Below, one piece after another: positions 56,640-64,000 of a DNA stretch of 64,000 nt. This DNA comes from the human T2T-CHM13v2.0 reference genome, Homo sapiens, in NCBI RefSeq assembly GCF_009914755.1, contig NC_060930.1; one strand, given 5' to 3'. Made by a program: the position numbers and the translations under genes. Numbering within the stretch: position 1 is the stretch's first letter; each line of letters opens with the position of its first letter. A model generated the notes under the pieces. The model saw only the letters and a list, made by a program, of their open reading frames with translations, did not search any database and was not told where the DNA came from.

Positions 56640-58039
56640 TAAGTCTCACTGGGAAAAACATTCCATGTTTAATTAAGGCTCTGCAGCTCTATCAGACATT
56701 TGCTGTCATTTAGATATTTTAGCATTCCTCAAGAAGTGAACGCCTGATGATTTTAATTTCAAAGCTAACCTCCTCCCACAATATTGCAAGTGAAATACGC
56801 ATTCTTGCTGCTCAAAATATGGTCCACGGGTCAGCAGCAGGGATGTTTTCTGAGAGTTTGTTAGAAATCCAGAATGTCACACCCTCTGAATCTGATTTGA
56901 ATAATAACCAGATCCTCAGCTGATGTGCACACACATTCAAACACTAATGTCAGTAATGAATACATTAACATCTGTCTTCAGAAATACACACACACATGTT
57001 GCTGGTGTATTTTCCAAATATTTTCCTTTTCTCTTTACTCCTTGTCTTTCTTTTCCCTTTGTACCAATGAGATTCAAGTCTCCTAACCTTTGACCTATGA
57101 GCAGACGTCATGGATTTTTGAATCCCTGATGTTTTATGTATATTTACATCAATGTGTTTTTCTGGAATGAGGATTCATAACTTCCATCAGATTCTCTAAG
57201 GGGACCACGAATTTAAAATAAGAATAAGCTTCTTGCTCTAGAAAGTCATGATGGTTCCTAGAATAAGGTTTCGTGAGTATTCTATTTCACATTAATTGTG
57301 CTGGAAAACACCTCCCATTCCACAGTCGCTTCTGGTCTTCCTCTTCATTCTATGATGACTACAGGGCCATACCAGGGCTTTCAAGAATGCAGAAGTGAGG
57401 CTGAGCCACAGATTCCACGGTGGAAAGCAGCTCTATTGAATTTGTACACCTCCCATTCCAAATAGCTAGCTTAAAACACAGCAGCTGCCATTTTCCTTCA
57501 AAGGAGAAATACAGGAAAGACCTAAGGGTCCAAAACTGGGTAAAGGCACTTCCAGGAAACCAGAAGGAGAAGAGGATTGCTTAAGCCGCTGCTGGCTCCT
57601 CTTTCCATCCTGGTAAGCATTTACAATCAGAGAGGGAATGAATAAACGCAGAGGGCCACCAGGCATGGAGTGCATCCAACAGCCCTGGCCACTGGGCCCC
57701 ACTGAGGAAGGATCCAGCCCCATACTGCATGGTGAGACCCTTGCAAGAGCACAGCTTCTCCTCTTGGTTTTTCTAAGCTTCAAGGCTGGTGGGAGCAGAG
57801 CCTGGTAGACCAGAAGGACCATTCCTTTAAGCTATGAAGATGCACATTTCTTGGCTCTGTTAGGTACTAGATGAGTATCTTTAGGCAGGGAGCACTTTAC
57901 ATTTTAAAGACTGCTATCATTTGTGGTTGAATAACTGGAATTTGCTTACATCAATTTTCCAGATGGCCAAAATGATAAGGTCACTGATTCTGTTGAGTGA
58001 TTTTTACACATGTAAACTGTTAGAAAAACAGTGCTTGGC

Positions 58040-58180
58040 AGCCGGGCATGGTGGCACATGCCTGTAGTCCTAGTTACCTAAAGGGCTGAAGCGGGAGGAT
58101 TGCTTGAGTGAGTTCAAGGAGTTCAAGGCAAGCCTGGGCAATAAGTGGGACCCTGTCTCTAAAAACAAACAAAAAAAAGA
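58040..58180 (+). mobile_element. Alu monomer (FLAM-like)
   Basis: gccgggcatggtggcacatgcctgtagtcc...gaccctgtctctaaaa. Confidence 0.8.
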
Positions 58181-58348
58181 AAGTCCTTGGAATACAGGGC
58201 CAACCTTGTTTCCTAGTTGCCATCTCTGAACACAGCCTTCATCTGATTACCTCCTCCATGCCCGACTGTGCCTAGCACACAGCAGGTGCTCAATGTTTGC
58301 TCTTGAAAAAGAGTCTTATCCATGAATGTAAATGTTCAGTGCTACTAA

Positions 58349-58579
<231 letters not shown>

Positions 58580-59691
58580 TGAAAAGTGACCTACAAGTCC
58601 TATGGGATGTTATTGGTCTTTATTTTATTGCTGGTTTAAAACAGTTATGGTTATTGGTTACTGTGGGTGATTGATCAGAGCGTCCATTTATCATGTTTTT
58701 CTTTCTTTGCAACTGAAACTTCTGCCTCAGGAGTTCACTGAAATGTAGGCTTTAGGTGTTGTTCATCCTATTCTCTCTGTGCTAAAGGGAAATCAGACCC
58801 ATGCTCTCTGACACATGGATTTCATTTTCAACCAGAGTTCTAATAGTTGTTTTGTAAACAAAGAGTGTCTTTCTTTACAATGTTCAGGTCTGTGGGTGTC
58901 CAGTTTTTCCACCTTGGGGAGCAGAGGGTGAGTGGTGGGGGTGGGGAAGAGTTCAAGAGGAGAAGATGAAATGGCAGACCTAGTAGAAATGATGTGGAGT
59001 AAACAATTTTATCATATTTTCCTCTCTGAGAATTTGAAGCAAAGGATTACACACTAAGAGAAATACAGGCATGAAAGGTTAAAAAGGATTCAGTGAGGGT
59101 TGGCCTCCCCTCCTTTCCTCTGACATGTGTCCTTTGAAAGCGGAAGTTCCTCAGGCATTCTCCCTTTTTATGAATATTAATTTCTCTTTTTTTTCAGTTT
59201 CTCTTTTTGTCATCTTTTTTCCTCAAGAATATCTTGATTTCTGGATGCACACACTTTTCCTTGGAGGTGTTTTTTGCCTTCTTTCCATGGACTCTTTCCC
59301 TGTTGTTTGGCTTTTATGGCATGTTGGGTGCCATTCAGTCATGTCTACTCAGTGAATAATTTATTCTTCAGGAAAGAGAGTGGACCTTTGGTGTATGTGA
59401 GAATTCGGGGTGTGAGGTGACACGTGTTGATACTTACCAGGTAGGAAGAACTGAGCAAAGAGAACATAGAAAGAAGCACCTACCCAAGGGTCTTTCTCTG
59501 AAGGAGTTCCTTGTGAAAGGGTCTCACAGGCATAGATGCTACTAAATTGATTTCATCTGAAAACATGAAACAATTCTCAAGTGCCAAATTCCAAGAGAGG
59601 CTGAGCAGAAGCCAAGACAGGCCAGAACACCCTGCAGCCATCCTCCTTAACATCCATCTGTGCATTCTCTATTTTAAAATTATTCATTGTA

Positions 59692-59988
<297 letters not shown>

Positions 59989-59997
59989 TCATTGTAA

Positions 59998-60180
<183 letters not shown>

Positions 60181-60415
60181 TAAGTCCCCTCCAGTCTCAT
60201 TCTGCTGCTATGGAATGTGAAATCCCATTGACTTTGCCTTAGTTTTAGTTACTGTAGGAACGCAGGATAAAGTATTCTGGAAGAAAAACTGATCTAGTCA
60301 TAAGTAAAGGAAATGAACTTTAGCACGTTTTTTCCCGTAACGGTTGTTCTCAAAGCGTGGTTCCCTAGACTTTTTTCTTTTTGGAAAGCTAAACTCACAA
60401 TCACTTCTTTTTCAG

Positions 60416-60561
60416 AAATTTGGATGAAAACTACTGCCGCAATCCTGACGGAAAAAGGGCCCCATGGTGCCATACAACCAACAGCCAAGTGCGGTGGGAG
60501 TACTGTAAGATACCGTCCTGTGACTCCTCCCCAGTATCCACGGAACAATTGGCTCCCACAG
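60416..60561 (+). CDS. PLG: Plasminogen exon 9 (kringle 3b and linker); gene continues beyond the window
   Basis: [48 protein letters not shown], 146 nt, |gtaag. Confidence 0.98.
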
Positions 60562-60659
60562 GTAAGCAAGGGTATGGGAGCTTACTGAGGGCCCAAGTTT
60601 TCTCCTTATTTTTGTATACCAGTGGCATCATCACAATATACAGTAGCTTTGTAAGTTTA

Positions 60660-63050
<2,391 letters not shown>

Positions 63051-64000
63051 TAAATATTATTTATACTTTGAAATGGACACCCTTGTCTTGCAAATATATA
63101 TCGTGGATAATTGAGTCAATGTAGTCACTAGTTTAACTGAATTGGGATTTGTGATTGCTAGTTTTACCTTAAGTGCACCACAGATATAAATTCCTCCAGT
63201 GATGTGCTGCTGCTATCTTTTACTTAGAGTGGGGCCTGGGGTGCTAAAGAGTTTTCTCCGTGTTCCTATCCATTCCCAGATTTCAGCAGTCACTGCATGC
63301 CTGCACTACAGAGGAGATATCTTCATACACATAATCTAACCCCATTGACACTCGGCTGTTTCTTGTTACTGAATGCTCACTTTTTGGTGGACGTAGGAGA
63401 ATACTTATCTCCCTGGTCTACCTCCCTCTTAGGCCAGTTGAGCACAGCTCGGCTTTGAAAGTAGTGATTTTTCAGTGTTCTTGTGCCTCCTTCTGATGGA
63501 ACTTGTACCTGTGGTGGGTTTGGAAAGAAAGAGTAGTAGGCTTCTGCTTCATTGCAATGCAGGATGTTGGGCACAAGAGGATTCCCTGTAACTTCTCCAA
63601 GGGAATAAGATTTTTGCCTCCACCACTCTCTGAGAAGCTGTGGATCTTTGCCTGCAGTCCTAGATGCAGGACCATCTCCTGCCCTATCACCCAGAAGCTT
63701 TGGTCTTTGGCTTTGTTTGAGGAAGGAGCTAGAGAAATGTGCAAAGCTTTCATGTCTGCCCCCCACTGACAGCCACTCACCACCCACAGCCTGCACTGCC
63801 GAATGCATCCTCCTCTCATCTGCCCTCGTGTTCTCATGAACACTCAGTAGGGACCCATAAAAAAGAGCTTGCATGTAAGTGCAATTTCCAATTATAAGTA
63901 CTCTATCTGTTCTTTCACACCCAGGTTTTAAATGAAATATTACTAGGAACTTATTAATGTTCTAAAATGCTATAAATCTATTTTTATGTTAATCTGTCTG

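Overview
Eukaryotic (human-type) genomic DNA: the head-to-head LPA-PLG locus (6q26 in human). PLG exons 1-9 lie on + (ATG 44022; signal peptide, PAN/activation peptide, kringles 1-3; all introns GT-AG; the gene continues past the window). LPA coding exon 1 lies on - (ATG 5701), with intron 1 running off the left edge. About 5 kb around LPA exon 1 is an inverted paralogue of the PLG promoter, exon 1 and intron 1, and includes a 310-bp core with only 5 differences. Upstream of LPA, on its strand, are two splice-intact, open PLG-like protease exons (17-like and 18-like). They join the LPA promoter through a three-part junction containing a 117-bp piece copied from 10 kb upstream of PLG and a fold-back hairpin. 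The intergenic region also holds a CpG island with a CTCF-like motif, a full-length L1PA2/3-type element (ORF1 and ORF0 open, ORF2 broken) and a nuclear-receptor IR6/DR1 site. The rest is Alu, L1, LTR and DNA-transposon sequence. No rRNA, tRNA, CRISPR array or prokaryotic system is present, and most ORF-track entries are repeat or low-complexity artefacts. Repeat subfamily names and comparisons with sequences outside the window are from recall, not from a search.
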